Assembly (NCBI RefSeq): GCF_021869535.1
Contig: NW_026262690.1
Span: 7,192,001-7,256,000, forward strand
Direction of reading: 5' to 3'
Source: Mytilus californianus
Lineage: Eukaryota
Length of the DNA: 64,000 nt
Shown: piece by piece, positions 48,836 through 62,928 of the stretch
Position numbering within the stretch: position 1 is the stretch's first letter
How the letters are laid out: each line of letters starts with the position of its first letter
Made by a program: the position numbers and the translations under genes
Notes under the pieces: generated by a model
What the model was told of the DNA's origin: nothing
The model's input: the letters and a program-made list of their open reading frames with translations, nothing else
Database searches by the model: none

Positions 48836-49829
48836 TTCTAATCTTGATGTGTTGTTGTAATCATTACATCATTTAGCAAAATTGTTAAGTGGTTTATCAG
48901 GAGTATTCACTTTAAAACATGGCAGTTCAAAATAATTTTGTGATGTTGAAATGTTTAAGTACAGAGCACAGTACTGTAGAATTATATGATATAGTAATAG
49001 AAAATATTTTTTTTAACTGGAATCTCATACTTAAAGATGACATTTATGATACAGCAGTACATGTGTATTATAATTTTACATAGGGGGAACTGTTTGAAGG
49101 GGAAACAATATTGCATTGTAATTAAATTGTAATGTAGTCACAGTTTTTATTAAAAGATGTTCTGTATTTTTAGGGGGTAAAGTCCCGGTTAACTGGTCTG
49201 TTAAAGGGGGAGCTGCCATTTTGAATTTCTTAACTTATTGGTTTTTGATTTCTTCAATTAGAAACAAAATAGTCATATATCTCACCTTAAAATATCTTTT
49301 TGGTATATTTTATTTCCTACTGAATGAAACATAATGCTTATTCATGCCATATTTACATTTTGTGCCAGAAGCATACAACGACGTTATACTGTTCCATAGA
49401 GGAGAACAATGTTTCACAGAATTTTCCAGCTATCAGATTTTTACACCCAATAAAGTCTTCAATGGAAAGCTGTGTTTATTTTGCATTCTAATGGAGATAA
49501 CTGTATTATTGTATATTAAGCTTTGTCTATGTAAAATGTAGGTCTTACTGTGGCAATTTAGTTTCCCTTGTGACACGAAGCAGAGTTATCTTCTAAATGT
49601 ACTCCATATTTAGAATGTTCTTTACATATGACAACTATTTTGTGTAAGGTGTAAAGACCTCTTTTATTTTCAATTACCATTGCTCAAATCTGAAACACTT
49701 AAAAACACTCTTCATGAGTTGAATGTTATGAAATTACTCAACATTATTGATTTAAACAAATGTTTTTGTAAAGATACATATTTATTTTTTCAGTTTTTTG
49801 GTGTATTGGGTACAATGTATAATTTGAAG

Positions 49830-50051
49830 GGGGTCTCATTGGGGGGTTCTGATCCCGGATCCCGCTTAACGTTTTGTCAGATTCCTGTATCCCGCTTGCA
49901 CTATGTACGTAAGCAATTCTCATTTTTTTGTAATTCCCGGTGTCCCGCTAGACTTCATTTCCCGTTTTCACGGCACAATAATTTGACTTTCACATGTCAC
50001 TCTTACAAAAAATTGGCAATCCCGGGTCACGCTTAGACCCCAATGAGACCC
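49830..50051. mobile_element. 222-bp MITE
   Basis: Perfect 14-bp TIR GGGTCTCATTGGGG / CCCCAATGAGACCC with internal ATCCCG repeats. Confidence 0.8.
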
Positions 50052-52439
50052 ATTTTGAAGTATGTATATATAGATTTTTATTTGGTGCAATACAGATAAT
50101 AGTGCCATGTAAGTGCTTAAGCTGTTGTATTAAAAAATAAATCCTTATTGATTATGTGCAGGCTGGATTTGTAAATAGTTTCTATATGTATATATTTATT
50201 AACTTTGAAATCATGTTTTTTTTAATTTTTGAGCAATGCAGGAAGTTCGATTATTTAAAATTGAACCAGATACAAAATTCAAGTTTGAACAATACTTTGA
50301 TTTCATATTTGATTGCAGTTCAAGTATTCAATTTTCTTGTGCAAGGTTGCTCTGGTTGGACATCAAGTTGTCATATAGTGGATTGAGATAAGATTTTTAT
50401 CCTGCTTTTATGACAGTTTTTTTTTTAAAGTCAGCTTGCATTGTCTTTTCACAATATTAAAAAATCTGTATTATGAGCACTAAAACAAAGTTAATTCCTT
50501 TTTTTCATATTTTTTCAAATGTAAGATATATATATGATTTTTGCCAGTGTTGTAAGAACTTAATGAAAAATAACTTTGCATATCATACCACACTTGATTA
50601 TATTCAACAAATACATATAGTGAATGGGTTATACATATACTAAATTCAGGGAGCTTGAAACATTTATTTATAGTACCCCTTTGGTTTTTTAGAACTTCAC
50701 AACCATAAGTTTCATTTCATTTGTTAAACAGGAATATTTTTACATGTATTTTTCTATATATTTTATTTGCTTAGACTGGATATTTATAGGCAGCAATTTT
50801 CACGCGATAATCATATAACATATTCAAAAGTCCCAACATATATCCATAAACCTCATACAGTTTTAGCATAGAAATTTACATTTATGGCATGCGTAATTTG
50901 CATATTTCCATGATCTAAATCAAGGTTAGTGTCATATTCTGTTATTTATCAAGAATGTATTATAAGATTAATTGTCATGGTTGTGTTATGTAACATGTCA
51001 AGATTGTATTATAAGATTAATTATCATGGTTGTGTTATGTATAATGTCTAACTAAATAGAACCTGTTGAACATATTGTTAGTACTAGAATCGCCACCAAC
51101 AAAACTTGCCAACATTTTTCCTGTCTTCCACTTGTTTGATATTTTTCCCACCAAATGTTTACTTCATGGATCAGGGATCAAGGTTAAGTTTTCGTGGTCA
51201 TGTCTGTATCTCAGATACCATAAGCAAATTAAAAGGTCAACTATATTTGGTGAAAGGAATGATTGTAAGGTGTACATGTCTGTCTGGCAGGGTTTATCTG
51301 ACCTTGACCTCATTTTCATGGATCAGTAGTCAAATGTTACGTTTTCATTGTTATTTCTGTTTCTCAGATACTATAAGCAGTAGGTCATTTTTTTTCTGTG
51401 TATAGAATGGTTGCATGGTGTTCATGTTGCCTGGCAGGGACCATTTGAATTTGACCTCATTTTTATGGTTCATTGGTCAATGTTGGAGTAATTAGGTCTG
51501 TTTCTTAGATCCTATAAGCAATACGTTTGGTGTAGGGTATAAAAATTCAATCATGATAAGTAAAGAAGGTGAGACATTTAAACATGTTTAAAGGATTTTG
51601 ATGCAGGTGTCAAACAATGATTAATCATAAATATAAAACTAAAGCTTTCCAACCTGTAATCAAAATTTGTTGACATTGATTTATTTCCAGGGTATAATGT
51701 GAAGTGAACATTTTGTATGAATATTTTCATGAAGTAAGGTTCAGGTATATATTACCCTGTAGATAAGTTATATAATTGTTTAACTTCTTACTGTTGAATT
51801 ACATTATTAATTATGATATATATATTCTGAAATAAAGAATAAGATTTTATGAAATATATGTTTTTAATTACAAAATTGATATGAGAATGTAAAACTAGGG
51901 GTTTTAACAAGGTTGTATGGCTAACCTGGATAATGTGATTCATGATAGGGTCATTCAGAAAAAACAAAAAATAATTTCAATGGTATTTATTAAATTGGAT
52001 TCATTTCACATCATTGATGACAAGTATGTTCTTTATAGAAAGGTGTCCTCATTCCTATTAAGTAGAAGTAGTTTTGCTTTGTGAATGAAAGGAGAAAATG
52101 TGTCCAATTAGTACCAAGAATTGCTATTGTTGGCTATGGTTTTCAGCTGGATCTAAATGAAGAATTTCTCAAAGACTTGCATACAACATTCCTACAAAAA
52201 AGTAACAAGCTTATATTCAGACTAGCCATATAGTTTAAAAGAAGATTACGATACGGTATCTTAAAGGTTCCGTGGTTGCATCATACTGCTTAGTATGACA
52301 TTTATTCAGTATTGAAAAAGAAATTTATGTATCCAATTTTGTAACAGAGCTTGTAATCTCCTTATATATTAATACAGTATTAAATATTTCTGTAATACAT
52401 CCATTGGAAGTTTTGAAAAAAACACCTTTTTTAGGGTCA

Positions 52440-52740
52440 CATGACTCTGTTGACTGCAATGATGTCTCTGTTGACTTGTAATGCCGCTGTTGACTATATT
52501 AATATCTCTGTTGAATGTTATAACGTTTTAGAATGTTGACTTTAATATAGCTTATTTGTTTTCCAAGGCAGGTTAGTACAAACCCCTAAACCCCCCCTGG
52601 CAACGGGCCTGGTTATGATCTCTCTGTTGACTGTTATGTCTGTTGACTTATGACGTCTCTGTTGATGTTATGATGTCTATGTTGACTGTCGTGCTGGCTC
52701 TGTTCACTATCATGATGTCTGTTGACTGTTGTGATGTGTC
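52440..52740. repeat. Degenerate ~21-bp tandem repeat (CTCTGTTGACTG core), interrupted
   Basis: About 10 TGTTGAC motifs, with a gap at about 52545-52610. Confidence 0.7.
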
Positions 52741-52962
52741 TACTCTTAAGCTGACAATACCACAATATCTTAGCTAACAAAATTTGTCCTATTTAATAAA
52801 ATGGACTTTCTCTGTGAGTCTTCTCAGGCAACTTAACCATGATCATGTTATTATGTGTTTTCTTGACGAAAGCTTGAAAAGATGGACTGATGACCCCAAT
52901 CATTATATAACTGCCCACTTCAGACAGCAGATGGACTGATGACCCCCATCATCATATAACTA

Positions 52963-53305
52963 ATAAAATTGAGAATGGAAATGGGGAAGGTGTCAAAGAG
53001 ACAACAACCCGACCAAAGAGCAGAAAACAGCACAAGGCCACCAATGGGTGGGTCTTCAACACAGCGAGAAAATCCCGCACCCGGAGGCGGGCTTCAGCTG
53101 GCCTCTAAACAATAATGTTTACTAGTTCAGCGAAAATGGAAGTCACACTAAACTCCAAAACATATAAATGAACCAAGATTAAAAGAACATACAAGACTAA
53201 AAAAGGCCAGCGGTTCCTGACTTGAGACAGGCGCAAAAATGCGGCGGGGTTAAACTTGTTTTGTGAGATCTCAACTCTCCACCCATACCGCTAGCAAATG
53301 TGGAA
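52963..53305 (+). repeat. Interspersed repeat; inverted copy at 59936-60283
   Basis: ATAAAATTGAGAATGGAAA...GTCAAAGAGACAACAACCCGACCAAAGAGCAG is the reverse complement of 60225-60283. Confidence 0.85.
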
Positions 53306-53654
53306 TAAACAAACACACAGCAATACGCACAGTAAAACTCAGTTAAAAAGAAGTCCAAGTCCGATGTTAGAATAGGTAACAGAAGAAACTAAGCAAAATG
53401 ACAAAGATCAACATACATTAACAAAGGACTACTAGCAGTTACTGACATGCCAGCTCCAGACCTCAATTAAACTGATTGAAAGATTATGTATTCATCATAT
53501 GAAAATTAAGCACAATCCCTCCCGTAAGGGGTTTAGTATCATAACATCATAAAATATACGAGAAGAACATAACACGTATCATGCTAACAACTGGTTTTAG
53601 AATAAATGTGTTTATTTCCGATACAAAGACCCTATGAATGAATCAATATTAATT

Positions 53655-55050
53655 TAAACAAGAGGCTTTCAAGAGCCTGAATCACTCACCTGCAATTTTT
53701 TGCTTAAATCTTTCATCAATGATTATTTTTGCTTTTCAATATATATTAATGAGTGGCTTATAAATGCCATTTAAATGTTCTTTGTATCTGTCATATTTTC
53801 TTCAAAAGCAAAAAAATGCATTTTACGGTTTTACCCCTATGTTCCATTTTAGCCATAGTGGCTATGTTTCTTGACGTACAAGGAAATCAAATACAAAATT
53901 TATACAAGATACTCTGAAAATCATTCAGCCCAAGTTTGGCTGAAATTGATTCAGCAGTTTCAAAGGAGAAGATTTTTTAATGTAAGCAAACTAGATTAGA
54001 TAAACAAATTGTGAAAAAATGTCTTTAAAGGACAATAACTCCTTAAGGGGTCAATTGACAATTATAGTCATAAAACTTACTTGTAGATCTTACTTTGCTG
54101 AACATTTTTGCTGTTTACAGTTTATCTTTATCTATAATAATATTCAAGATAATAACCGAAAACTGCAAAATTTCCTTAAAATCACCAATTCAGGGGCAAT
54201 AACCTAAATATCAGATACCCAATTTGGCTGATAATTTCAGGGCAGGTGGACCTTGACCTAATGAATACTTTAACTTCTTGTCTGATTTGCTCTAAATGCT
54301 TTAGTTTTTGAGATATAAGTCAAAATCTGCATTTAACCCTATGTTCTATTTTTAGCCATGGTGGCCATGTTATCTGAGGAAACAGAAAATAAAGTACAAA
54401 CTTTATTCAAGATAACATAAGAATCATTCAGCTTAAGTTTGGTTTAATTTGGTTCAGTAGTTTCAGAGGAGAAGATTTTTTAAAGTTAGAAAACATGAAA
54501 AACAAATTGTGTAAAATTGTCCTTAAAGGGCAATAACTACTAAATGGGTCAATTGACAATTTTGGTCATATAAACTTATTTATAAATCTTACTTTGCTGA
54601 ACATTTTTGCTGTTTACAGTTTATCTTTATCTATAATAATATTCAAGATAATAACCAAAAACTGCAAAATTTTCTTATAATTACCAATTTAGTGGTTGTT
54701 AGATTCATCTGAAAATTTCAGGGCTGATAGAACTTGACCTAATGAACATTTTTACATCATATCAGATTTGCTCTAAATGCTTTGGTTTTTGAGATATAAA
54801 CCAAAAACTGCATTTTACCGCTATGTTCTATTTTTAGCCATGGCGGCCATGTTTTTTGACGAAACAGAAAATAAAACACAAACTTTATTCTAGATACCAT
54901 AAGGATCATTCGGCTTAAGTTTGGTTGGAATTGGTTCAGTAGTTTCAGAGGAGAAGATGTTTGAAATAGTTTACACCGGACGGACGACGACGGACGCGAA
55001 GTGATGGCAAAAGCTCGCCGTTCCTTCCTTCGGAACAGTGAGCTAAAAAA
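53655..55050 (-). mobile_element. HINE (TTTTAGCTCAC family)
   Basis: Minus-strand start TTTTAGCTCACTG with hairpin and GTCGTCC repeats. Duplicated internal blocks. End hairpin AGGCT-TTCAAG-AGCCT. Confidence 0.85.
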
Positions 55051-57616
55051 TGCCATCGTTAATGACCTGACAACAGTATCATAACTATTTCCCTTCTGAA
55101 TAAGTCTGGTTAAAGGCATGCCCATAGTAATATGTATTTCCTGATTGTGGTAGTCAAGAATCTTATCAGTGGCTTTCTCTCTGTCACAATATTAAGAGGT
55201 TTACTGTGGCCGTATAATTCCACTTCGAAACATTTTATACTTATGAATAAAAAGAGAGAAGCCCGTAAGGTACATATAATGACACAATCACTAGAAATTA
55301 GTCGAAACGAGGTGATGACATAAACACCATTCATCCCAAAACAAAAAAAGGAAAACAGTTTGTTTACCTACAACAAACTTCAGTATGGTAATTATGTCTT
55401 GAGTCTTCATTGAAACATACACTGCTTACATTGTAAGACAAAAAAAAGAAAACAATAAAATCACAAACATCAGACGCATTATATCACTTTGTATGCACAG
55501 GCATATGGTTCTCTGGTAAGAAAGAGATGTAGACTCATAAACGCAATGATCATTGATTAATAGTAAATGACAGATTACCGATATATATAGTAAACAACTA
55601 TATCGTATTTTATTGATATATCACACAAATATAACCCATTTCACTTTACTAATTCATAAATATATATAATACGCAATTACAATTTGTTTAGATCAAATTT
55701 TCAATCAGCCGAATATGTATTTGTAAACTAAAACATTCACTTCGCTTATTTGTGCAAGTTTGTTTTAACGGTAGAATGTATAGATCATTGATATTGTAAT
55801 GTAGAAAAAAAAACTTGAAAGAAAGAAAGGCTTGATTTTAAATATAAACAAATGTTCAAGTTACATCAACTATATAGAGATTTGATGCAACAGGCATGCG
55901 GCTATCACTGACCATTTATCATTTATGACAGACCGTTTGTCCTTCAATAATGTCTAACGTCCAATGTATACTGTATGGTGGAAGATGCGGTCACTTTTGT
56001 GTTTTTGAGTATTGGCATTGTCGTCATTGAACATTTATTGAAAGGCGAAAACGCCAAATCGCAAAACCGCGAAAGCGAAAACGCAAGTTCTCGAAATAGG
56101 AAACACGAAAACGCGAAGTCAAATTAAATTCTCAATTTCGCGTTTTCAAGATTTCGCGTTTTTTGTGGTTTCGCCTGTTCGCAATTTCGCCTTTTCGCCT
56201 TTTTCGCGATTTCGCAGTTTGTCCACTACTGTCAATCATCTCGTATCTTCGATCTGATTCGATAATGATTAAAAATTTGAAGAGAAACTGACTTGATAAT
56301 ATGATTTTCAAGCACTATTAATAACAAGGATTATTTACGCATGCACTTTAATTGATAATAATAACGGGTAGCACTTGACGGTGTTATTTCATTACAGGTA
56401 GACTAAACGAAATTTCGACACAAAATGAGTTATACGATAAAAGTTTACCAACATTAATTTCATTTTCGATTTAGTAGACCTTCAATATATTTTACAGAGA
56501 CAATGAGTGATCATAAATGGTTTAAATTCTTGACTATTTTATTAAATTGTTGTGATTTTTAGTAGGCACGTTTGATGAAATTTTATTTACATTGCTAAAT
56601 CAATGACAATTTTATCAGTTGCATTGAACTAAAACAAATAATATGTACAACATTTCTACACAAGTATGAACGGTCATTTATACGTTAAAATGCCAGGAAG
56701 AAAGAAATCTTCAATCTATAATTTCCGGATTTTTCTAAATTTATTTACAAAATTTTAATTTATTTAAGGGGGAGAGGCAGAATATACCAAGGAAACATTC
56801 AAACTCGAAGAAAAACTGACACCGCCTTGTATAAACAACTAAAGACGAAGAACTCAAAAGTCCACAAAACGCTATATAAAAAACTAAAGACTTAGCAACA
56901 CGAACCCCATCTAAAACTGGGTGAAACTTTTGAAATTTTGGCTAAGATCAGGGTTACTTGTCGCGTAGAACCAGTGACATGGAAACAAATGTCTCTGGTA
57001 GAACTGAAGAATTTCGTTATGACTCGAATAAAGTTGAACCTTAATAAGTCATGCAACTTCTTTGTATTTATGTTGAAAATAATGTACCATTAACAAGATT
57101 TCTTTTGCTTATCTCTGGCTCCTGTAAAGCACCGTATCAAACGTCGCTGAACAATGTTTATTTTAGCTTAGAAGAAATTTCAAAATTCGATAGACATATG
57201 AAACATGGTACTTGTAGTTATATCACGGGAAATCAAAATATACATGGTTACTGTAGTTAATATAAATACATTACAATTAATGTTACTACTGTTTCGTCGG
57301 ATACAATTTATGAACATGATTTATGATTTCCGTTAATAAGCTCTTCTCAAGTTTTTTTCGGTATACCGTTAAACTTGAAATTGTACAGTTAATTAGCTTG
57401 AATTTTGTCGATGTTAAATCAATTAAAGAACTATTCTGAAAATGATTGCATGAGGAGATATATAAGACGGGGAACTGTAGCTCTTGGTCCTATATTGATT
57501 TGTACAGACCATATATATATAGTCCGCGAAAATCAGAAAACATCCACGAGTTACAGTTCGGCAGCTAGAGATGTATACTCAGGACAGGAAACTAGATGCA
57601 AGAGCATGCTTTAATG

Positions 57617-60600
57617 AGAGGGGACAATAGGGGGTCCGTTAACATGTTAACAACACCTCGATTTTGGCAAAAACAGTTAACAACAAATATAAAATGCTGA
57701 TAACATTTAACACCAACTTTAATCTATCCTTTTTTTTTTCTCAGATCAACCGAAAGCAATGAAAAGGGGAAATGCACACCTTCAATGTGTTCAGAGCCAC
57801 TGTACAAAGTCTCAGAAATGTCAAGCTCTAATGAATCTTACATGCCTTTATAAAAAGGAACTGGGAAAGCTTACTGATCTCTATTGCAAATCATTAAAAC
57901 TAAAACCAATGTATAAATCATAAAGTAGCCTGTAAGGTTTCACAAGATGAAGCAGCCAACATCTCTCCCATCTCCAAGTCCCAAGAGTAGATATAGAAAA
58001 TTACTGATTTTTTTAGATATAATGTTGGTGTACGACAAGGTGACATTTTGAGTCACACATTGTTTAAACTATTTATTAATGATTTGCCAGAAATATTGTC
58101 AAACAATTATGATAATGTCAATTTAGATAATGAAAAGATACCATGTCTACTATATGCTAATGATCTTGAATTAATATCTGACTCAAAAGAAGGGCTTCAG
58201 AAGAGACTTGATACTTAGTGCACATTCTGCAAAGATTGGTGTATGGAAATAAATGTGAAGAAAACAAAGTTTATTATATTCAATAAGAGTGGTAGACTCC
58301 TTAATGAAGATTTCAATGTAGGAAATAATTCTATCGAATGTGTTAAACAATACAGATATCTTGGCATAGTCATCCAAAATACTGGAAACTTTAATGAAGC
58401 CAGGAAACAATTATTCCAAAAAGGTCAAAAGGCCAGTTTTAAACTTTATAAAGATTTGAAATCATCAAATCCTCCTATTAAAACTCTTTTGCATTTATTT
58501 GATCATTGTATACAGCCAATTGTAACGTATGGTTGTGAAAATTGGGGTATTATTAACATTACTCCTAAAAGGAAAAAAATATCCCTTTACCTTGGTGTTA
58601 CAAAGATGTGCACAAATGTAGCAGTCCTGTCTGAACTGGGTAGATATCCTCTTTATATAAATTTGCTAACACATATGTTTATGTATTGGCATAGACTAGA
58701 GAATTCCCCATCTGATTCGTTGAAAAGTGCTTATGCTGAGTTAAAAATGATTGAGAATAAAACTCAAACTAGCTCTAATAACTCATGGCTCTCTAATATC
58801 ATTTTCTACAGCGAAAAATTGGGTATTGACCTATAAACATTTAGGCAAAAATAAATTTAAAAATTTACTGAAAAAAACAGCTCAAATTAAATTTTCAAAA
58901 TGATTGGGAGAAAATGAGAATTTTTAATTTCAGGATCAAGGCAAATTGGACACTTTTTTTTTCATTCAAGAGGTCATTTGACTATGAAAATTATTTAGAT
59001 TTAAAGCACCCCCAAACACATTTGTTAACAAAAGACAGACTCTGCAATCACTGTTTAAGTATAGAAACTGGCAAACATGAACGATTTATCAATGTATGTG
59101 GTAAATATGAAATATTACCTCGACATGAGAGGATATGTTTATATTGTAATTCAAATTCTATTGAAAATGAAATGCACTTTCTTCTGGAATGCCCTCTTTA
59201 CAATAACCTCAGAAGAGATATGACTTATTATATCAAAAAATACCCCAGTTTAGTTAATTTAAACAGAACTGATCTTTTTACATGGATCATGAGTAATGAA
59301 GATAGCAGTTTTTTATTTATTTTATGTGCATACCTTGATAAAGGCCTGCAACTTAGAAAATCAGAAAATTAGTTAAATACTCGAATAGATAGCAAAAATA
59401 TCTCCCCTTGACCACTGACCCTTTCCTCATGCATTTGAACTATTATTTTATGTTTCTTTAATCACTCTGTAATGTTCATGTCATGTTGTTATTAATGTTA
59501 TGCTCTTAATGGGCCCTTTATTTTGGAAAAATAAAAAAATATTGTATTGTATTGTATTGTATTGTATAGAAAAAGCCTTTGGCCCATCTTTACATTTTTG
59601 AACAAGTCTAGCAAGTTTGACATCAATATGAGGACCAATTCCTCGTTTTTCTGCCTCTTCTGCCAGACCAAACTGTTCAGTTATTTTGCGAATTGCAAAT
59701 TGAAACGGTACGAGAGGGTTGGTAATAAGGGTAACCCTTTTCCTTTCTTTATTTTTCACAACTCCATTCAGGTGCTCTGGGTCAATGTAACTTATCAAAC
59801 ACTCTATTATCTTAATCTCATTGTCACTGTTTTTATCTTGGGATTGAGCGGGGGACTGAGCTGGGTCAGAACATCTCCCCTGATCAGAAGTGGCCATTCC
59901 TGTTAACGTTGGAATAAATTAAATAGGGGACGGAAATAAACTACATTGACTAGAGGTATAGGGGGAGGGTTGAGATCTCACAAAACATGTTTAACCCCGC
60001 CGGCTTTTTTGCGCCTGTCCCAAGTCAGGAACCTCTGCCCATTGTTACTTAGCCTTGTATGTTTTTCAATTTTAGTTCATTTATATGTTTCACAGTTTAG
60101 TGTGACGTCCATTTTCAATGAACTAGTACACATTTTTGTTAAGGGGACAGCTGAAGCCAGCCTCCGGGTACGGGATTTTCTCGCTGTGTTGAAGACATAT
60201 GATTGGTGGTCTGGGCTGTTTTCTGCTCTTTGGTCGGGTTGTTGTCTCTTTGACAGATTCCCCGTTTCCATTCTCAATTTTATCAAAGATCTCCAAAGAC
60301 AGTTACATATATATGCTGTTTATGTCCCGTAAAGAAAGAGATTAACAGCAAATTTAATGTGATTAGTGTGAATCTTGAAAATTCTTGTAACAGTTAACAG
60401 AGATAAATTATGTCAAAAACAGTGAACACTTAAGTGTCAAGTGACAGATAACAGGAATCCCATTTTCATATAAAACAGTTAACAACATTGCCAATTTTAA
60501 CTGAATAGATAACAGACAGTGGGTTGAAAACAGTTAACGGTTTATATATATTTCAAATAACAGTTAACACCTTGAAATAGCCCAAAACAGGTTAACAGAA

Positions 60601-60618
60601 AAAGGTATTGTCCCCTCT
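57617..60618. mobile_element. MITE expanded to 3 kb by nested insertions
   Basis: 13-bp TIR AGAGGGGACAATA / TATTGTCCCCTCT, with AACAGTTAAC subterminal repeats at both ends. Confidence 0.75.
57720..59570 (+). pseudogene. Decayed RTE-X/CR1-like LINE fragment
   Basis: GVRQGDILS, LLYAND, VLSELGRYP and CLYC..IENEMHFLLEC motifs, broken by stops and frameshifts. (ATTGT)n tail at about 59540-59567. Confidence 0.85.
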
Positions 60619-60707
60619 TTAAATACGGCTACGGTATGTATGCATAGTGTGACGTTGGAGACGTTTGTGCTAATCACATGGTAGTAACTTTGCCGTTTTA
60701 CAGTAAA

Positions 60708-61022
60708 ATGTCGACATGGAAGAACGCTCCAAAAGCCAAACCAACTGGAAAAGCAAAGCCAGTGAAATATACTGCTGTCAACATTGCTTCAAGCAAAAGG
60801 AGATGTTCAAAGATAAGCGATAAGCCATATTTGGACATGAGTATGCTCGAACCTCCGAAAATGATAACCAACTCATCATTCGGTACTACGAAATTTGAAA
60901 GTGATCAAACCGAATCACCAATGGTTTCAATGGGGATGTATATACCATTATATGATAACCGTAAGAGAAAGCAAGAGCTCCTCAAAGACCAGCTAGCAGA
61001 TGTGACAAGCAGACTTCACAAG
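60708..61022 (+). CDS. Probable first coding exon of an unidentified protein (105 aa)
   Basis: AAAATGT start context, open frame with protein-like composition, phase-0 donor AAG|GTTAGT. No recognisable domain. Confidence 0.5.
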
Positions 61023-62215
61023 GTTAGTAAGTATAATTAACAAAACAATAGAAGATGATGGATCATAATGCAATGGTAAGAATTATCAACTGAATAAACG
61101 GACATGTACCATCTGAAGCAGAATGCGACCATTGTACCAATTCATAGTACATATAATCAAAGAGTTCGTCATAGTTCGTTATAGCAGAGACATATAATGC
61201 AATATGTCTCTGGTTAGTTTTCTCTGTGTCTGTATTAATTTTCGATACTGATTAAAATATTAGAGTTGACGAAACCGTCTGGAGTTTTAATGTTAGAAAG
61301 TCTTATTGATAAACATTTTTTTGCTTTTCAACAATTTCATACTTATCCACAATTACAATGCTGACAATGTTATTCAATGCTATAGATATAAGAAGATATG
61401 GTATGAGTGCCAATGAGACAACTCTCCATCCAAGTCAAACTTATTTATAAAAGTAAACCAATATAGGTCAAAGTACGGTCTTCAACACGGAGCCTTGGCT
61501 CACACCGAACAGCAAGCTATAAAGGGCCCCAAAAATTACTAGTGTAAAACCATTCAAACGGTATGTGTATATATATTGCTTGGAGAACATTATGTTACTT
61601 TATCCTGGGACTATTATACTAGTCCCAGCTTTATCTCAAAATTTATTTTCATATTTGTGCAAAATATTGCACAATATGTAAATTTACTGGATATCCAATT
61701 ACATTTTAGTTTTGGGTTGGAATGTTCTATCCATTTTTTCATCTTATAACATAAATTTATAATAATGTCGTTAGAAACTCTTCACACACGGCTGTGAGGT
61801 CGAAAAATTTTGGAAAACGATCTTGGAGTAAAATGAATTAAACTGACGATAAGTTTTTTATTTGTTTTACACCAAGATTATCAAAATTATAATGATAATA
61901 TAAAATTTCGAACAGTGATCAACAGTCGAGGAGAATTTATTCCCGATTCTAGTATTAAAAAGGGAGGTAATTACGGCGGGAAATCAAAGTCTGAAGCAGT
62001 TTGTTGTTTCCCATATATATAATTTGATTACGATATGTATATTGAAGAAAGACAGGTGAATATAAATGTACCGGATGGTGGAAATGTGATTTTCATTTAC
62101 ATGTTGCAAGACAGTTTAAGAATGAATGACTATCTCTATATTATGGTCAACATGTACAGAGATATATAAAAATTATATTTGTATTTGTATTTGTATATAA
62201 TAATTAATATGTCTC

Positions 62216-62378
62216 CAGGGGCGGATCCAGCCATTTATAAAAGGGGGGGGGGGTCCTAACCCAGGATAAAGGGGGGGGGGGGGGGAGGTTCCAACTATAT
62301 GTCCCCATTCAAATGCATTGATGGTCAAAAAAAAGGGGGGGGTTCGGACCCCCCCCCCCCCCCCCTGGATCCGCCACT
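62216..62378. mobile_element. G/C-tract MITE
   Basis: IR GGCGGATCCAG (62220-62230) / CTGGATCCGCC (62365-62375) around poly-G and poly-C runs. Confidence 0.75.
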
Positions 62379-62928
62379 TTGTCTCTGACATGTACCGCGG
62401 AGTGTCACTGTCAGAATCAATTACATGTCATCACTAACTGGTCATCAAAGTGGAAGCTTGTTTGGTAAATGCAAAAAGATGCTCCAATTAAAATTTTGTT
62501 TGGACAAAAACTGCATTATTATTACGTACATGGGGGAACATATACTTGCCTCCCCATGCCGCTAAAGTTATATTTGCTTAAGAGCAACAAAAACACATCT
62601 ATTTCCATATCACATTTATTTCAAGAGAGACAGATAACATCACATGACAAATATGCATCATTATACAAAGGGACACAACTCTCACGACTTTACCATAAAA
62701 CACATACGACCATTCATATACATAACATTATACATTGTACAGGTCTCAATGACATTTGAATTAACTTAGTTCAGATTATTATGTGTAGATGATGAATATA
62801 TATTATATAGTATGAAGTTTAAAGATATTTGTAGTTCATCTAATCAAATAAGCTAGAAATTACCAGGAATGAGGCTACAGAAGTATTATGGTTTGCTTAT
62901 TTTAGTTATTTAACTAATCACTATGTGC

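Noticed and set aside
62230-62365. G-quadruplex regulatory element
   Set aside because: The G and C runs are internal to a common MITE, and homopolymer lengths are unreliable.
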